DNA of 64,000 bases, taken from Patescibacteria group bacterium. GTDB taxonomy: Bacteria; Patescibacteriota; UBA1384; CAJBMM01. Within the stretch, counting starts at the first letter, position 1. Each line of letters begins with the position of its first letter. Location of the stretch: positions 85,520-149,519 of the forward strand of contig JBAZWC010000002.1 of the NCBI GenBank assembly GCA_041660565.1. The letters run 5' to 3'. The position numbers were made by a program, and so were the translations under genes. The notes below the pieces were generated by a model that worked only from the letters and a program-made list of their open reading frames with translations, had not been told where the DNA came from and searched no databases. Below are positions 1 through 9,435 of the stretch, one piece after another.

Positions 1-1843
1 CGAATGGAATCATGGCATGCACGTTTTTTAAGTCGTATGCTTCGCGCACTTTTTTAAGAGCAGCAACTTCTAGCGCAAACACATCGGGCTCGCGAATGTA
101 GCGGCAAGCTCCACGATAACCGATCATCGGATTATTTTCCTGAAACTCAAACTCGGCGCCACCTTTAAGATTTCGATATTCATTGGTTTTGAAATCGGTA
201 AAGCGATAAATTACCGGACGAGGTGCAAACGCGGCAGCAATAGTATGAATGCCTTCGGCCAATTTATCAGTAAATTCTCCGCCACGCCCCGCTTTAAGCA
301 TTGCGCGTGGATGCTCACCAATACCAGCAATAATGAACTCGGCGCGCATCAGCCCAACCCCGTCTACCGGTAGCTTGGCAATTTTCTCCGCTAATTCTGG
401 CTCACCTAAATTAACATAAACCTTGGTACCGGTAACCGGAACAGATTCGGCCGAAACCGATGTACCCGAAACTGCGGCGGCTGCGGCTGCTTTTACATTA
501 TTATTTAATTCCACTTTCCCTTTGTATACCTGTCCATTTTGACCATCTACCGTAATCATTTGACCGGTTTTGAGCACCGAGGTAGCGGTACCGGTACCAA
601 CCACACATGGGATGCCTAATTCACGGCTGACAATGGCAGCGTGACAAGTGCGACCACCGGTGTCGGTTACAATTCCGGCGGCGCGGCGCATTGCCGGTAC
701 AAAATCTGGCGTGGTCATCTCGGTTACTAACACGTCGCCCTCATTAACCTTGTCTATTTCGGATGGTTTGTGAATAATTTTAACCGGGCCAAACGCCGAA
801 CCCATTGATGCCGGAGCCCCTTTTAGCAAAATCAGATCGGCGGAAACTTTTACCGGTGCCTCGGCCGAATTATTTGCCGCGGCTGCAGTATCAACGTCTT
901 TTAAGGTAGTCACCGGACGAGATTGAACCATAAAGACATGGCTGCCTTCTATTGCCCACTCGGTATCTTGCGGCGAACCATAATGATCTTCAATTTTTTT
1001 AGCGATAGCGGCGAGCGCCAAAATTTCTTCGTCGCTTAATTTTTGCACACTCTGCTCACCTTTTGGCACATTAACGTGCTTATCACCCTGTTTAGATTTA
1101 ACGATCTTCCAAGTCTGAGTATGTAATTCTTTATTGGCAATTTTCATCGTTGCTTTATCAACCACATACCGGTCTGGTGTCACCGAACCGGAAACAATCG
1201 CTTCGCCCAAGCCCCACCCGGCTTCAATTACAATTTTGGTCAAATCTGAAGTAACCGGATCAACGGTAAACATAATACCGGATTTATCGCTTTCCACCAT
1301 CCGCTGCACCGGCACCGCCAGCGCAACTTTGAAATGTTCGTATTTATTGATAATGCGATAGTAAATGGCGCGGGCTTCGAATAACGAGGCATAAGCGCGT
1401 TGTACCGCGTGCACCACTTCGGCATCGCCCGAAACATTCAAAAATGTGGCTTGCTGACCGGCAAAAGAGGCATCGGGCAAATCTTCGGCGGTGGCGCTTG
1501 ATCTAACCGCCACCAAAACATCGTCTCCCATCATTTGATACGAATCGATAATTTCGGTTTCCAACGCTTTGGGCATTGGAGTGGCCATGATTAGTTTTTT
1601 AATATCTCGGCTAATGCTCTGTAGTTTTTTAGAGTCTTCGGGATTAACGTCTTTTAGCATTGTTACTAGTTTGCTAGCCAAGCCGGTTTTTTTAACGTAA
1701 TTAAAATAAGCGTCTGCGGTAACGATGAATCCGGATGGCACTGGCAGGCCAGCCTTGGTCATTTCACCTAAGTTTGCCCCCTTACCGCCTACTAAGGCAA
1801 CGTCATCTTTACCAACTTCGGAAAACCACACAATTTGCTTCAT
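1..1843 (-). CDS. Phosphoenolpyruvate synthase / pyruvate phosphate dikinase family, N-terminal ~614 aa (C-terminus runs off window start)
   Basis: Minus-strand translation from ATG at 1843 gives MKQIVWFSEVGKDDVALVGGKGANLGEM (ATP-grasp PEP/pyruvate-binding domain). About 390 aa in lies the swivel phospho-His motif GIVTDTGGRTCHAAIVSRELGIPCVVG. Not in the ORF track because it is open at the window edge. Confidence 0.85.
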   Translation of the reverse strand, partial: MKQIVWFSEVGKDDVALVGGKGANLGEMTKAGLPVPSGFIVTADAYFNYVKKTGLASKLVTMLKDVNPEDSKKLQSISRDIKKLIMATPMPKALETEIIDSYQMMGDDVLVAVRSSATAEDLPDASFAGQQATFLNVSGDAEVVHAVQRAYASLFEARAIYYRIINKYEHFKVALAVPVQRMVESDKSGIMFTVDPVTSDLTKIVIEAGWGLGEAIVSGSVTPDRYVVDKATMKIANKELHTQTWKIVKSKQGDKHVNVPKGEQSVQKLSDEEILALAAIAKKIEDHYGSPQDTEWAIEGSHVFMVQSRPVTTLKDVDTAAAANNSAEAPVKVSADLILLKGAPASMGSAFGPVKIIHKPSEIDKVNEGDVLVTEMTTPDFVPAMRRAAGIVTDTGGRTCHAAIVSRELGIPCVVGTGTATSVLKTGQMITVDGQNGQVYKGKVELNNNVKAAAAAAVSGTSVSAESVPVTGTKVYVNLGEPELAEKIAKLPVDGVGLMRAEFIIAGIGEHPRAMLKAGRGGEFTDKLAEGIHTIAAAFAPRPVIYRFTDFKTNEYRNLKGGAEFEFQENNPMIGYRGACRYIREPDVFALEVAALKKVREAYDLKNVHAMIPF

Positions 1844-1948
1844 TTACCCTCCTACTTTAAAACTCGCCTATGTTTAGGCCTACTATTAGTCTATCAATCA
1901 GAGACAGAAATGTATAGGGGATGGATGACAGAGGATAGATTGTCTTCT

Positions 1949-1981
1949 GCCATTCCGGATTTAATCCGGAATCTATATAAA
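1949..1981 (+). repeat. R1 hairpin repeat copy a (GCCATTCCGGAT-TTAA-ATCCGGAAT-CTATATAA)
   Basis: Perfect 9-bp palindrome ATTCCGGAT/ATCCGGAAT followed by CTATATAA. Same architecture at 9 other sites. Followed by a second palindrome CCTTCTCCTCGAGAGGAGAAGG (1986-2007). Confidence 0.8.
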
Positions 1982-2118
1982 AGTCCCTTCTCCTCGAGAG
2001 GAGAAGGCGTCCGGAGGGCGGATGAGGAGGACAATCAATTGTTAAATGATAAATAAAGGAGTAAATTAAAGCTGAAATCACGGCCGTACATTCACAACCA
2101 GAAGGGTGGTGAGATAAG

Positions 2119-2562
2119 ATGCATTCTATGACTGCGTCCGATGCCGTCGAGAGAAGATGCGACCGTCCACGGTGCTTGCCCAAAAGCCAACCGATGATGA
2201 AACCACGATTTCTCATCAAAGGCATCGTTGCCAAATTCGACAAGGGTGTCAGAGTCTGGTGCAAAACCTACTTGCCCGAATTCCACGTGGCACCCGTCGG
2301 ACAAGCTGAGTGCGTACTTGATCAGGGATCGGTTTATCTGATCGGTCCTGTGGATGGAGTCGAACACGCCCGGTGTCAGTTAACCGACTATGGAGATGCC
2401 CTGCCTGGGTTCTACGCGGCGTACGCACTCGGCCGAAAGGGAGCGCTTTCTCCGATCATCAAGGGACCCGCGTACAACGTCCATGCGCCAGGTGCGGTTG
2501 TGCCACTTGCCGCTCTGCCAACCGCAGAACAAGTAGCGGAACATGCAAGACGATGCAGATGA
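2119..2562 (+). CDS. Hypothetical protein (GC-rich island A, gene 1)
   Basis: 147-aa ORF, RBS GGTGGTGAG 6 nt upstream of ATG. GC-rich codon usage distinct from backbone. No recognisable domain. Confidence 0.4.
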   Translation: MHSMTASDAVERRCDRPRCLPKSQPMMKPRFLIKGIVAKFDKGVRVWCKTYLPEFHVAPVGQAECVLDQGSVYLIGPVDGVEHARCQLTDYGDALPGFYAAYALGRKGALSPIIKGPAYNVHAPGAVVPLAALPTAEQVAEHARRCR

Positions 2563-2574
2563 GCAAGGAGCGGA

Positions 2575-2820
2575 TTGATGTCAGATACAAACGCGCAAGT
2601 AGTTGAACCACTATCCGATGTTGATCGACTGACCAAACTCGAGCAGGAGCAGGCGAGAATGCGTGATCAGTTTACTGCGCTAGAACGTCGAGTGAGCCAG
2701 CTCGCCACCGAGAACGAACGGCTTAACCGACGAACACTGCCGATGCAGACGTTTGGCGGCCCACCGAATGATGGCGGCGGCCTATTGGACGACACCCTAG
2801 ACGGTATGCCACCCTTGTAA
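2575..2820 (+). CDS. Small coiled-coil protein (island A, gene 2)
   Basis: 81 aa, heptad-like LTKLEQEQARMRDQFTALERRVSQLATENERLNRR. AAGGAG RBS just upstream of TTG/ATG. Adjacent to gene 1 with 12-nt spacing (operon-like). Confidence 0.5.
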   Translation: MMSDTNAQVVEPLSDVDRLTKLEQEQARMRDQFTALERRVSQLATENERLNRRTLPMQTFGGPPNDGGGLLDDTLDGMPPL

Positions 2821-2843
2821 GCACAATAAGGAGGTGATGCTAC

Positions 2844-3044
2844 TTGTCAGACAAGCCAAATCGCCCATGGCACCCGACGCGATTGTCCAAGGCAGGTCTA
2901 GAAACAACTCTCACGTCGAAGTGGAATGACGCCGGCAACCCGGACAGATGTGTCGGCGACTCAAGCGTACAAGGGCTCGGGCTTGGGGAGCTGATCAATG
3001 AGTTGGCACTCAGAGGTACAACCAGAACGCGACCCGCCAAGTAG
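2844..3044 (+). CDS. Hypothetical small protein (island A, gene 3)
   Basis: 66 aa, strong RBS AAGGAGGTG 7 nt upstream of TTG start. Confidence 0.45.
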   Translation: MSDKPNRPWHPTRLSKAGLETTLTSKWNDAGNPDRCVGDSSVQGLGLGELINELALRGTTRTRPAK

Positions 3045-3062
3045 CGCCATACGGAGGAGACA

Positions 3063-3266
3063 ATGCCGAACGACAGCCATGTTACTCCGCTTGCGCCTGA
3101 GGGAATCTCCGAGATTACCGATCAAGACGGCACTCTGACCGAAGAGCTTGATTCCCAAGCCCTGGAGTCGTTCGCCAGCAGGAGCAAGTACATCCACGAA
3201 CGGACCAAACTGCTAGCCGCGTACTATCGGGGCCACCCCTTCGAGGACTTTCGGATAACCGCATGA
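3063..3266 (+). CDS. Hypothetical small acidic protein (island A, gene 4)
   Basis: 67 aa, RBS GGAGGAG 4 nt before ATG. Confidence 0.5.
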   Translation: MPNDSHVTPLAPEGISEITDQDGTLTEELDSQALESFASRSKYIHERTKLLAAYYRGHPFEDFRITA

Positions 3267-3279
3267 CCACGCACAACAG

Positions 3280-3320
3280 GAGCCCCGGCAAACCAGCCGT
3301 GCGGCTCCTTCTTTTTATCT
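3280..3320 (+). terminator. Rho-independent terminator closing island A operon
   Basis: GGAGCC-loop-GGCTCC stem immediately followed by TTCTTTTTAT. Confidence 0.6.
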
Positions 3321-3334
3321 AACTCGCCACGAGC

Positions 3335-3367
3335 TGTCATTCCGGGCTCGACCCGGAATCTATATAA
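3335..3367 (+). repeat. R1 hairpin repeat copy b (TGTCATTCCGGGCTCGACCCGGAATCTATATAA)
   Basis: Same TGTCATTCCGG...CCGGAATCTATATAA frame with a different palindromic loop (CCGGGCTCGACCCGG). Same + orientation as copy a. R1a and R1b bracket island A. Confidence 0.8.
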
Positions 3368-3408
3368 AAAAATTCAACGTTAATTGTTAACTGTTAATAG
3401 TTAATTGT

Positions 3409-3864
3409 TTAATCACCTTTTATAATTCGATAAACCGCACCACTACTAAACCCGCGGGATTGTAAAAATCGGGCTAGCTTTTGTTTCGTTTCTTGATCGT
3501 CCAAATTATGATAATGAGACAGTTGTTTTTCGGCTACTTTTTTTGCCAAATCGTACTCTTCCTCAGCCGATAACTTGCTAGCGTCAGCAGCAATCTCTTT
3601 ACTAATGCCGCGTTGACGTAATTTTAATTGCAAATATCGCCCGCCAATTGGCGCACTTCGCGAACGATAAGCCACATAATCGTGTGCGTACTTAACGTCA
3701 TCAATTAATTTCAATTCCTCAAGCCGAGCAATGGTCTGGCTAATAATTTCGTCTTTAAATTCGCGCTTTTTTAGCTTCTCTATCATCTTAAATCTGGTCT
3801 GACTGGCACGATTTAAGATTTTTAACGCATCACCAAAACATCTTGTTAGATCTTGTTCTGACAT
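3409..3864 (-). CDS. recX: Regulatory protein RecX
   Basis: 151 aa, three-helix-repeat RecX-like sequence (…YAHDYVAYRSRSAPIGGRYLQLKLRQRGISKEI…). Immediately downstream of recA on the same strand. Confidence 0.8.
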   Translation of the reverse strand: MSEQDLTRCFGDALKILNRASQTRFKMIEKLKKREFKDEIISQTIARLEELKLIDDVKYAHDYVAYRSRSAPIGGRYLQLKLRQRGISKEIAADASKLSAEEEYDLAKKVAEKQLSHYHNLDDQETKQKLARFLQSRGFSSGAVYRIIKGD

Positions 3865-3875
3865 TGTACCTCCAA

Positions 3876-3958
3876 TTAGGGAATTTTAGGGTGATTAGGG
3901 ACTTTGGGGGATCCGTCGGTTATCCCAATGACCCTAATGCCCATAATCCCCCTAATGT
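3876..3958. repeat. TTAGGG-like inverted repeat with G-tracts on both strands
   Basis: ATTAGGGAATTTTAGGGTGATTAGGGACTTTGGGGG ... CCCAATGACCCTAATGCCCATAATCCCCCTAAT. The two arms are imperfect reverse complements. Four G-runs per arm. Second copy at 31743-31812. Confidence 0.7.
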
Positions 3959-3960
3959 AT

Positions 3961-5028
3961 TTAGTCTTCTGGCAATGCCACTACTGGCGCAACCGCTCCG
4001 GATAGATATTTTTCACGAATAGTATTTTCAATTTTATCAGCTAAATCTTGATGAGCTCTTAAGAAATTACGCGCCGCTTCTCGGCCTTGCCCTAATTTTT
4101 CCTCACCCAAAGTGAACCAAGACCCGGATTTGTCTATTACCCCACAGGCAACACCCAAATCTAAAATTTCGCCTTCATGGCTGATACCCTGATTATATAG
4201 GATATCGAACTCAGCTACCTTAAACGGTGGGGCTACTTTGTTCTTAACCACTTTAACCGTGCAGTGTGAGCCGATTACGTTTTCACCCTCTTTAATCTGT
4301 TCTTTGCGGCGGATATCTAACCGTACCGAGGCATAAAACTTAAGCGCATTACCACCGGTGGTGGTTTCGGGGTTGCCAAACATTATTCCAATTTTCATTC
4401 TAATTTGGTTAATGAAGATAACAATTGTTTTTGATTTAGAGATAGCACCCGCCAATTTACGTAATGCCTGGCTCATCAATCGCGCTTGCACTCCCACCAT
4501 CGCATCACCCATTTCACCTTCAATTTCGGCACGTGGCACCAATGCCGCCACCGAGTCTATCACTACCACATCTACCGCATTTGAGCGTACCAAAGTCTCC
4601 ACAATTTCCAGCGCTTGCTCACCGGTATCTGGCTGTGAAATTAGCAACTCATCCAAATTTATACCTAATTTACGCGCGTATTCCGGATCAAAAGCGTGCT
4701 CGGCATCTACCACTGCCGCCGTACCACCTTTTTTCTGTGCCGATGCCGCAATATGAATGGCTAGAGTAGTTTTACCTGAGCTTTCAGGCCCATATATTTC
4801 AATAATGCGTCCGCGCGGTATTCCCCCACCCACAGCGATATCCAGCGATAGCGACCCAGAGGGGATAGTTTCCACCTGCATTCCCACTGCTTCGCCCAAC
4901 TTCATAATTGCACCCTTGCCAAACTGCTTTTCGATTTGCATCATCGCCATTTTCAACACTTCGGCTTTACCGCTATCTACCGGGCCGGTTTTTTCAACCA
5001 CTTCTTTGACTTCTTTCTTTGCCATCAC
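3961..5028 (-). CDS. recA: Recombinase RecA
   Basis: 355 aa. Walker [13 protein letters not shown]2 loop [47 protein letters not shown] upstream. Confidence 0.97.
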   Translation of the reverse strand: MMAKKEVKEVVEKTGPVDSGKAEVLKMAMMQIEKQFGKGAIMKLGEAVGMQVETIPSGSLSLDIAVGGGIPRGRIIEIYGPESSGKTTLAIHIAASAQKKGGTAAVVDAEHAFDPEYARKLGINLDELLISQPDTGEQALEIVETLVRSNAVDVVVIDSVAALVPRAEIEGEMGDAMVGVQARLMSQALRKLAGAISKSKTIVIFINQIRMKIGIMFGNPETTTGGNALKFYASVRLDIRRKEQIKEGENVIGSHCTVKVVKNKVAPPFKVAEFDILYNQGISHEGEILDLGVACGVIDKSGSWFTLGEEKLGQGREAARNFLRAHQDLADKIENTIREKYLSGAVAPVVALPED

Positions 5029-5036
5029 ATTCCTTT

Positions 5037-5071
5037 GTTAATTGTTAATTGTTAATTGTTAATTGTTAATT
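5037..5071. repeat. Tandem heptamer (GTTAATT)x5
   Basis: gttaattgttaattgttaattgttaattgttaatt directly upstream of the recA RBS, overlapping the rodZ-like stop codon. Degenerate GTTAAT clusters also at 3380-3412 and 23490-23512. Confidence 0.8.
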
Positions 5072-5820
5072 GTTTTTTCAACCTTAATACTTCGAGTAAT
5101 TGAACGTAACTTCCCCGTTCTGGATTCTGCGGTGATGATGATGGTGTGAATACCCACTTCGCCCGCGTTAACTTCTTGCGCAAAATTGCCGTTTTCGTCC
5201 ACCGGAATCACTTGGCTACCCACCTTAACCGTTACTCCAGGCTCGGTTTTTCCCGATACCGTAAAGGTGCGAGAACTAACAACCGCTTGTTCAGACGGGC
5301 TGGAGATTGAAACCATTGGCACACCACTAAAAAAGTAAACTTGCGTGGCCAAATACCCAACAATCGCAATGACAGCCAGCGATATCACCGAAACCCAAAT
5401 CAATTTTGGGGTAATGGCAAATCGACTCAGCCGCAGGTTAGATTTATACGATAGGTTTGACAACGACGCTTGATTAGCCACACCGTACTCTTTTTGGAAC
5501 TGAGATAGTAGTTTAGTCGGATTAAGTTTCAAAAAACTGGCGTAATTCTGCAAAAATCCGGAAACATAAACCGAGTTAGGTAGCTGATAATACTTGGCGT
5601 TCTCTAGTGCTTCCAAATATTTAGCACGGATTAAAGTGCGCCGTTCGGCTTCTAACAGATCAATACCCATTTTTAAGCGCGCACGACGCAATTTTTCGCC
5701 CACAGTCAGCGGCACCTCAACAGATTTAGTTTTTTTACGTTTTGAAGCATTTTTTTTACTTAAAACAGCGTCTGAAGACGGTAGTTTAGGTAAAATTGAG
5801 GCGGATTTTACGGTTGTCAT
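5059..5820 (-). CDS. RodZ-like cytoskeleton protein (XRE-type HTH + TM segment + C-terminal domain)
   Basis: 253 aa. HTH LTVGEKLRRARLKMGIDLLEAERRTLIRAKYLEALE, one TM helix (LIWVSVISLAVIAIVGYL), beta-rich C-terminus. Confidence 0.65.
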   Translation of the reverse strand: MTTVKSASILPKLPSSDAVLSKKNASKRKKTKSVEVPLTVGEKLRRARLKMGIDLLEAERRTLIRAKYLEALENAKYYQLPNSVYVSGFLQNYASFLKLNPTKLLSQFQKEYGVANQASLSNLSYKSNLRLSRFAITPKLIWVSVISLAVIAIVGYLATQVYFFSGVPMVSISSPSEQAVVSSRTFTVSGKTEPGVTVKVGSQVIPVDENGNFAQEVNAGEVGIHTIIITAESRTGKLRSITRSIKVEKTINN

Positions 5821-5873
5821 TTGCCCCTATCATAACGCAACGGAGGCAAAAAACAAGAGGACGCATTTTCCCT

Positions 5874-5910
5874 GTCATTCCCGCGAAGGCGGGAATCCAG
5901 TCTATAAAAT
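5874..5910 (+). repeat. R1-related hairpin repeat copy c (TGTCATTCCCGCGAAGGCGGGAATCCAGTCTATAAAATAA)
   Basis: Same TGTCATTCC...GGAAT...CTATA(A) frame with ATTCCC-N8-GGGAAT stem. Followed at 5925-5960 by nested palindrome TCCCCGA..CCGCCAGCTGGCGG..TCGGGGA. Confidence 0.7.
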
Positions 5911-6142
5911 AATTTTCTTGCTGGATCCCCGAATATTCCGCCAGCTGGCGGAGTCGGGGATAACAAGGGGTTCAGTCACTCCGAGACTAACTCAGAGAGT
6001 GGGCTGTTCGTGTTAGCCCCCGGTTTCCGAAGCAGAGCGAGGTACCGCCTCTACAATGCTCGTGATACATTCCTCCATCTTCCATTCTCTCTATCCTCTA
6101 TCTTCTGATTTGTGTTACTATATTAGTGTACAAGGAGGGCTA

Positions 6143-8293
6143 TTGCCTCGACATAAACGTCGACAAACCGGCCCGCGTTTTTGGCAACGCAAAAAAGATC
6201 GCGGCAAAGGTTATCAATTTGATTTCGGCATGAAAGAAGAGACACGTCGCGAAACCGTGGCGATTGTCAGTTTAGTGTTATTCCTTATATATATGTTGGC
6301 AATCTTTGGTTACGCCGGTCATTTTGGCAACTTTGTCTTAACTCAAACGCGCATTTTAATTGGTTTGTTGGCCTATTTGTTGCCATTTATCTTTTTGACC
6401 GTTGTCGCCAGCATTGTAAACCCCAAAATGTTTGAAATTCGCCTGTCCACCGTGGTTGGCATTATCTTATTCTTTTTCAGTTTTGGCGGATTATTGCAGA
6501 TGCTATTAAATAATGACAACCCGGTTAGCTTAGCTTATTCCGGTAGCGGTGGCGGCTTAGCGGGATATTTTTCAGTCTATATTTTGTCATCAGTAGTAGG
6601 CAGTATTGCCACTTTCTTGATTTTATTTGCGGTGATGTTACTTTCGGTCTCAATGTCGCTTAATACATCGATTCTAAAGCTATTTGCATCTTTCTTTAAC
6701 AACGAAGAAGACGACCGCCGCATCACCGTAAACGAGGGCGGCAACAAAGTTTCGGTCTTTACCACAGTCAAAAAAGGCTTTTCCGGGTTTAGATTTGGCA
6801 AAAACAAAGACTTGCCGTCTAAGGCACCGGTGTTAGAGGTAAAACCAATTGGTATGCCTAAGTCTGGTGGTGATGGAGTTTGGAGTCCCCCGCCAATGGA
6901 TTTGCTGGAAATTCCCGAAAATAACAAAGCTAATCCGGGCAATATTCAAAAGAATGTGGAAGTGATAGAAAAAACGCTGCGAGAATTTAGCATTGACGTT
7001 ACAATGCAAGACGTTAACATTGGGCCAACGGTAACGCAGTACACGTTCAAACCAACCGAAGGGGTAAAGCTGGCCAACATTACCGCCCGCAGCAACGATT
7101 TGGCGTTAGCGCTTGCAGCCAAAAGTTTGCGCATGGAAGCACCAATTCCGGGGCAATCGGCGGTTGGAGTGGAAATTCCAAACAAGCAAACCGCGCGGGT
7201 TACGCTGCGTGAGCTGCTGGAATCAAAAGAATATCAATCTAGCAAAGGTAAACTAACTATCCCTCTTGGAAGAGATGTTGCCGGCACCCCAATGGTAATT
7301 GACCTAGAAAAAATGCCTCACTTACTCATTGCCGGCGCTACCGGCTCTGGAAAATCAGTCGCCATTAACTCTATTATTATTAGTTATATAATGAATAACG
7401 CCCCGGCCGATTTGAGATTACTATTGGTTGATCCGAAACGGGTTGAACTAACCGGCTACAACGGCATCCCGCATTTGTCCACCCCGGTGATTACCGAACC
7501 GGAAAAGACCGTCAATGCCTTAAAATGGGCAGTGAGCGAGATGGAAAATCGATATCGATTATTTGCCGATTTAGGCGCGCGCAACTTAGCGGCATACAAT
7601 GAAAAACCGGGCCCATTAGGCAAGTTGCCACATATCGTCATTATCATCGACGAGTTAGCAGATTTAATGGCAGTATCGGCCAATGACGTTGAATCATCAA
7701 TCGTTCGCCTAGCCCAGATGGCCCGCGCCATCGGTATTCATTTAATCGTAGCGACACAGCGCCCAAGCGTAGATGTAATCACCGGATTAATTAAGGCCAA
7801 CATTCCCTCCCGCATCGCCTTTACTGTGGCCAGCCAGGTTGACTCGCGCACCATTTTAGACGTTGGCGGCGCTGAAAAACTACTTGGACTTGGTGATATG
7901 TTATACATCGGCGGAGATATTACCAAACCAAAACGTATTCAGGGCTGTTTTGTGAGTGATAAAGAGATCAATAGCATTACCAACTTCTTGAAAAAAGACC
8001 AGTTTGTGCAATATGATGAGTCTATCACCGAATACCACTCTACCGGCGCATCTGTTGCCGGCAGCGGTAACGGCGTATCCGAGGATGATTTATATAATGA
8101 TGCGGTGTCGGTGGTAGTTCAGGCCGGAAAAGCCTCGGCATCACTATTGCAAAGACGAATGCGCATTGGTTACGCACGTGCTGCCAGATTACTTGATCTG
8201 CTTGAGGCAGAGGGCGTCATTGGCCCACCGGATGGCGCAAGACCGAGGGACGTGCTGGTTTCACCAACCGAATTGCATACAGAGGACAGATAA
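6143..8293 (+). CDS. ftsK: DNA translocase FtsK/SpoIIIE
   Basis: N-terminal TM helices, then the motor domain with Walker A GATGSGKS and Walker B IVIIIDELADLM, and a C-terminal gamma wHTH (LLQRRMRIGYARAARLLDLLEAEGVIG). Start moved to in-frame TTG 6143 with RBS AAGGAGGG 5 nt upstream (track start 6056 lacks RBS). Confidence 0.9.
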   Translation: MPRHKRRQTGPRFWQRKKDRGKGYQFDFGMKEETRRETVAIVSLVLFLIYMLAIFGYAGHFGNFVLTQTRILIGLLAYLLPFIFLTVVASIVNPKMFEIRLSTVVGIILFFFSFGGLLQMLLNNDNPVSLAYSGSGGGLAGYFSVYILSSVVGSIATFLILFAVMLLSVSMSLNTSILKLFASFFNNEEDDRRITVNEGGNKVSVFTTVKKGFSGFRFGKNKDLPSKAPVLEVKPIGMPKSGGDGVWSPPPMDLLEIPENNKANPGNIQKNVEVIEKTLREFSIDVTMQDVNIGPTVTQYTFKPTEGVKLANITARSNDLALALAAKSLRMEAPIPGQSAVGVEIPNKQTARVTLRELLESKEYQSSKGKLTIPLGRDVAGTPMVIDLEKMPHLLIAGATGSGKSVAINSIIISYIMNNAPADLRLLLVDPKRVELTGYNGIPHLSTPVITEPEKTVNALKWAVSEMENRYRLFADLGARNLAAYNEKPGPLGKLPHIVIIIDELADLMAVSANDVESSIVRLAQMARAIGIHLIVATQRPSVDVITGLIKANIPSRIAFTVASQVDSRTILDVGGAEKLLGLGDMLYIGGDITKPKRIQGCFVSDKEINSITNFLKKDQFVQYDESITEYHSTGASVAGSGNGVSEDDLYNDAVSVVVQAGKASASLLQRRMRIGYARAARLLDLLEAEGVIGPPDGARPRDVLVSPTELHTEDR

Positions 8294-8327
8294 TAGAAAT
8301 TTCAAATTAATTTATTATGGAGGTAGC

Positions 8328-8651
8328 ATGAGTCACCACGACGACGAGCCGATAATCCCAATTGCTAGCGAGGAAGATCAATCTTCTTCACAGAGGGCAA
8401 AATTAGAGATTTTACATAAAACAACCACCGATAGAATTGTTGAATTGCGTACCGCCGAAGACGCGATTATGCAAGAGATCGAAAAGGGCGTTGCCGGTCA
8501 TCTTGGAGACGATAAAATTAGTGAGTTAAGATCTAAACAATCCGAGATTCATACCGAAACCGAACAGCTATCGGTAAAATTAACCAAAATTGAGTTCGAC
8601 CTTGAACAACTAAAGCAACAAGAGCCAAAAACTGAAAATTCGAAGCACTAA
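8328..8651 (+). CDS. Hypothetical coiled-coil protein
   Basis: ATG at 8328 with GGAGG 5 nt upstream, about 107 aa. The track ORF 8166..8651 overlaps the ftsK 3' end and is probably over-extended. Confidence 0.55.
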   Translation: MSHHDDEPIIPIASEEDQSSSQRAKLEILHKTTTDRIVELRTAEDAIMQEIEKGVAGHLGDDKISELRSKQSEIHTETEQLSVKLTKIEFDLEQLKQQEPKTENSKH

Positions 8652-8805
8652 ACTCGAAGCACGAAACAAATTCAGAAATATAAATTAAAAAAACCATAGT
8701 ACAAGCTTTAGCTTGCTTTCAAATTTGTGCATAAACACGCTAAAGCGTGGGCCACGTTTTTTGTTTTTTTTCGTATTTCGAAATTCGGATTTCGTGCTTA
8801 TGGTT
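8640..8805. repeat. R3 AT-rich inverted-repeat element (AAGCACTAAA ... TTTCGTGCTT) including a terminator-like hairpin
   Basis: tcgaagcactaaactcgaagcacgaaa at the left end and ttcggatttcgtgctta at the right end. Internal CACGCTAAAGCGTG hairpin plus T-run (8738-8778). Related copies at 27660-27815 and 36368-36480. Confidence 0.6.
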
Positions 8806-9314
8806 TACTTGTCACTATTCGCCACATGCGCTCGACTGTGGCGGATTAGATCTATGACCGAATCAGGCGAAGAAACGCCGTGTAAAATCACTGTGCGTTC
8901 GCTAGTCTCGCTTTCTAACGTTATTGTGCCATAGTTCAATAACTGCCCTATTATCCCAGCATGACCCTCTACTCTGGATAAATCATGCAAACTGATGTAT
9001 TTTTTTTGGTGAGTAATAAAGCCCTCAATCACCTCAATAGTTGATTCAGTCAAAATATAATATGTGCTGTACCAATCCATTAAAATAATAAACGCAATAA
9101 TGCAAATACAAAACACAATTACCAATATTACTAGTCCAATTGCACCATAAGATAAATCTAAGCCATTACTAATATTCAAAAAAACGCCAATTAGCCCTAA
9201 ACCAACCAAAAAGAACACCGCCATTGGCCCAACCAAAAACCAGCGCGATTTATGCACCTTAAAAATTTGCATTGGTTTGTCCGAAGTAGGTAAGTTGTCT
9301 TCCATAGCTTGCAT
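8805..9314 (-). CDS. Membrane protein with bacterial PH (bPH_2, YdbS/YdbT-like) domain
   Basis: 169 aa. Two TM helices after the FKVHKSRWFLVGP motif, then an ESTIEV…GTITLESETSERTVILHGVSSP PH-like fold. Confidence 0.6.
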   Translation of the reverse strand: MQAMEDNLPTSDKPMQIFKVHKSRWFLVGPMAVFFLVGLGLIGVFLNISNGLDLSYGAIGLVILVIVFCICIIAFIILMDWYSTYYILTESTIEVIEGFITHQKKYISLHDLSRVEGHAGIIGQLLNYGTITLESETSERTVILHGVSSPDSVIDLIRHSRAHVANSDK

Positions 9315-9333
9315 TATAACACACTTTTCTCGT

Positions 9334-9425
9334 TGTCATTCCGGCGCTATGAGTATGTCGATCCGAGTACTCTGGCCTCCGGCTCTACAAGCCGATAGGC
9401 TCGGAGAGAGAAATCTAATAGAATA
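9334..9425 (+). repeat. R1-related long hairpin repeat copy d
   Basis: TGTCATTCCGGCGC...extended imperfect palindrome (GAGTATGTCGATCCGAGTACTC; GGCTC..GAGCC)...GAGAGAGAAATCTAATAGAATA. Same start and end frame as other R1 copies. Confidence 0.6.
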
Positions 9426-9435
9426 TCACATGAAT

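Noticed and set aside
1949-3367. Integron cassette / attC interpretation of R1-flanked island A
   Set aside because: R1 lacks the attC R''-L''/L'-R' core (GTTRRRY) architecture. No intI nearby. Cassette-like islands have their own promoters.
3876-3958. Telomere or telomere-derived sequence because of TTAGGG units
   Set aside because: Only 3-4 degenerate units per arm, arranged as an inverted repeat between housekeeping genes on a contiguous bacterial-type locus. No tandem array or terminal position.
4358-5041. ORFs 4358..4756, 4464..4769, 4757..5041 (+)
   Set aside because: Antisense to recA, with low-complexity and unusual composition. recA on the minus strand fully explains the region.
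5874-5900. Neisseria dRS3 element (ATTCCC-N8-GGGAAT)
   Set aside because: Form matches, but it is clearly a member of the local R1 family (shared TGTCATTCC head and CTATAAAA tail). The similarity is most likely coincidental.
8166-8327. N-terminal 54 codons of track ORF 8166..8651
   Set aside because: Overlaps the ftsK 3' end in another frame. An internal ATG at 8328 with GGAGG RBS is the plausible start.
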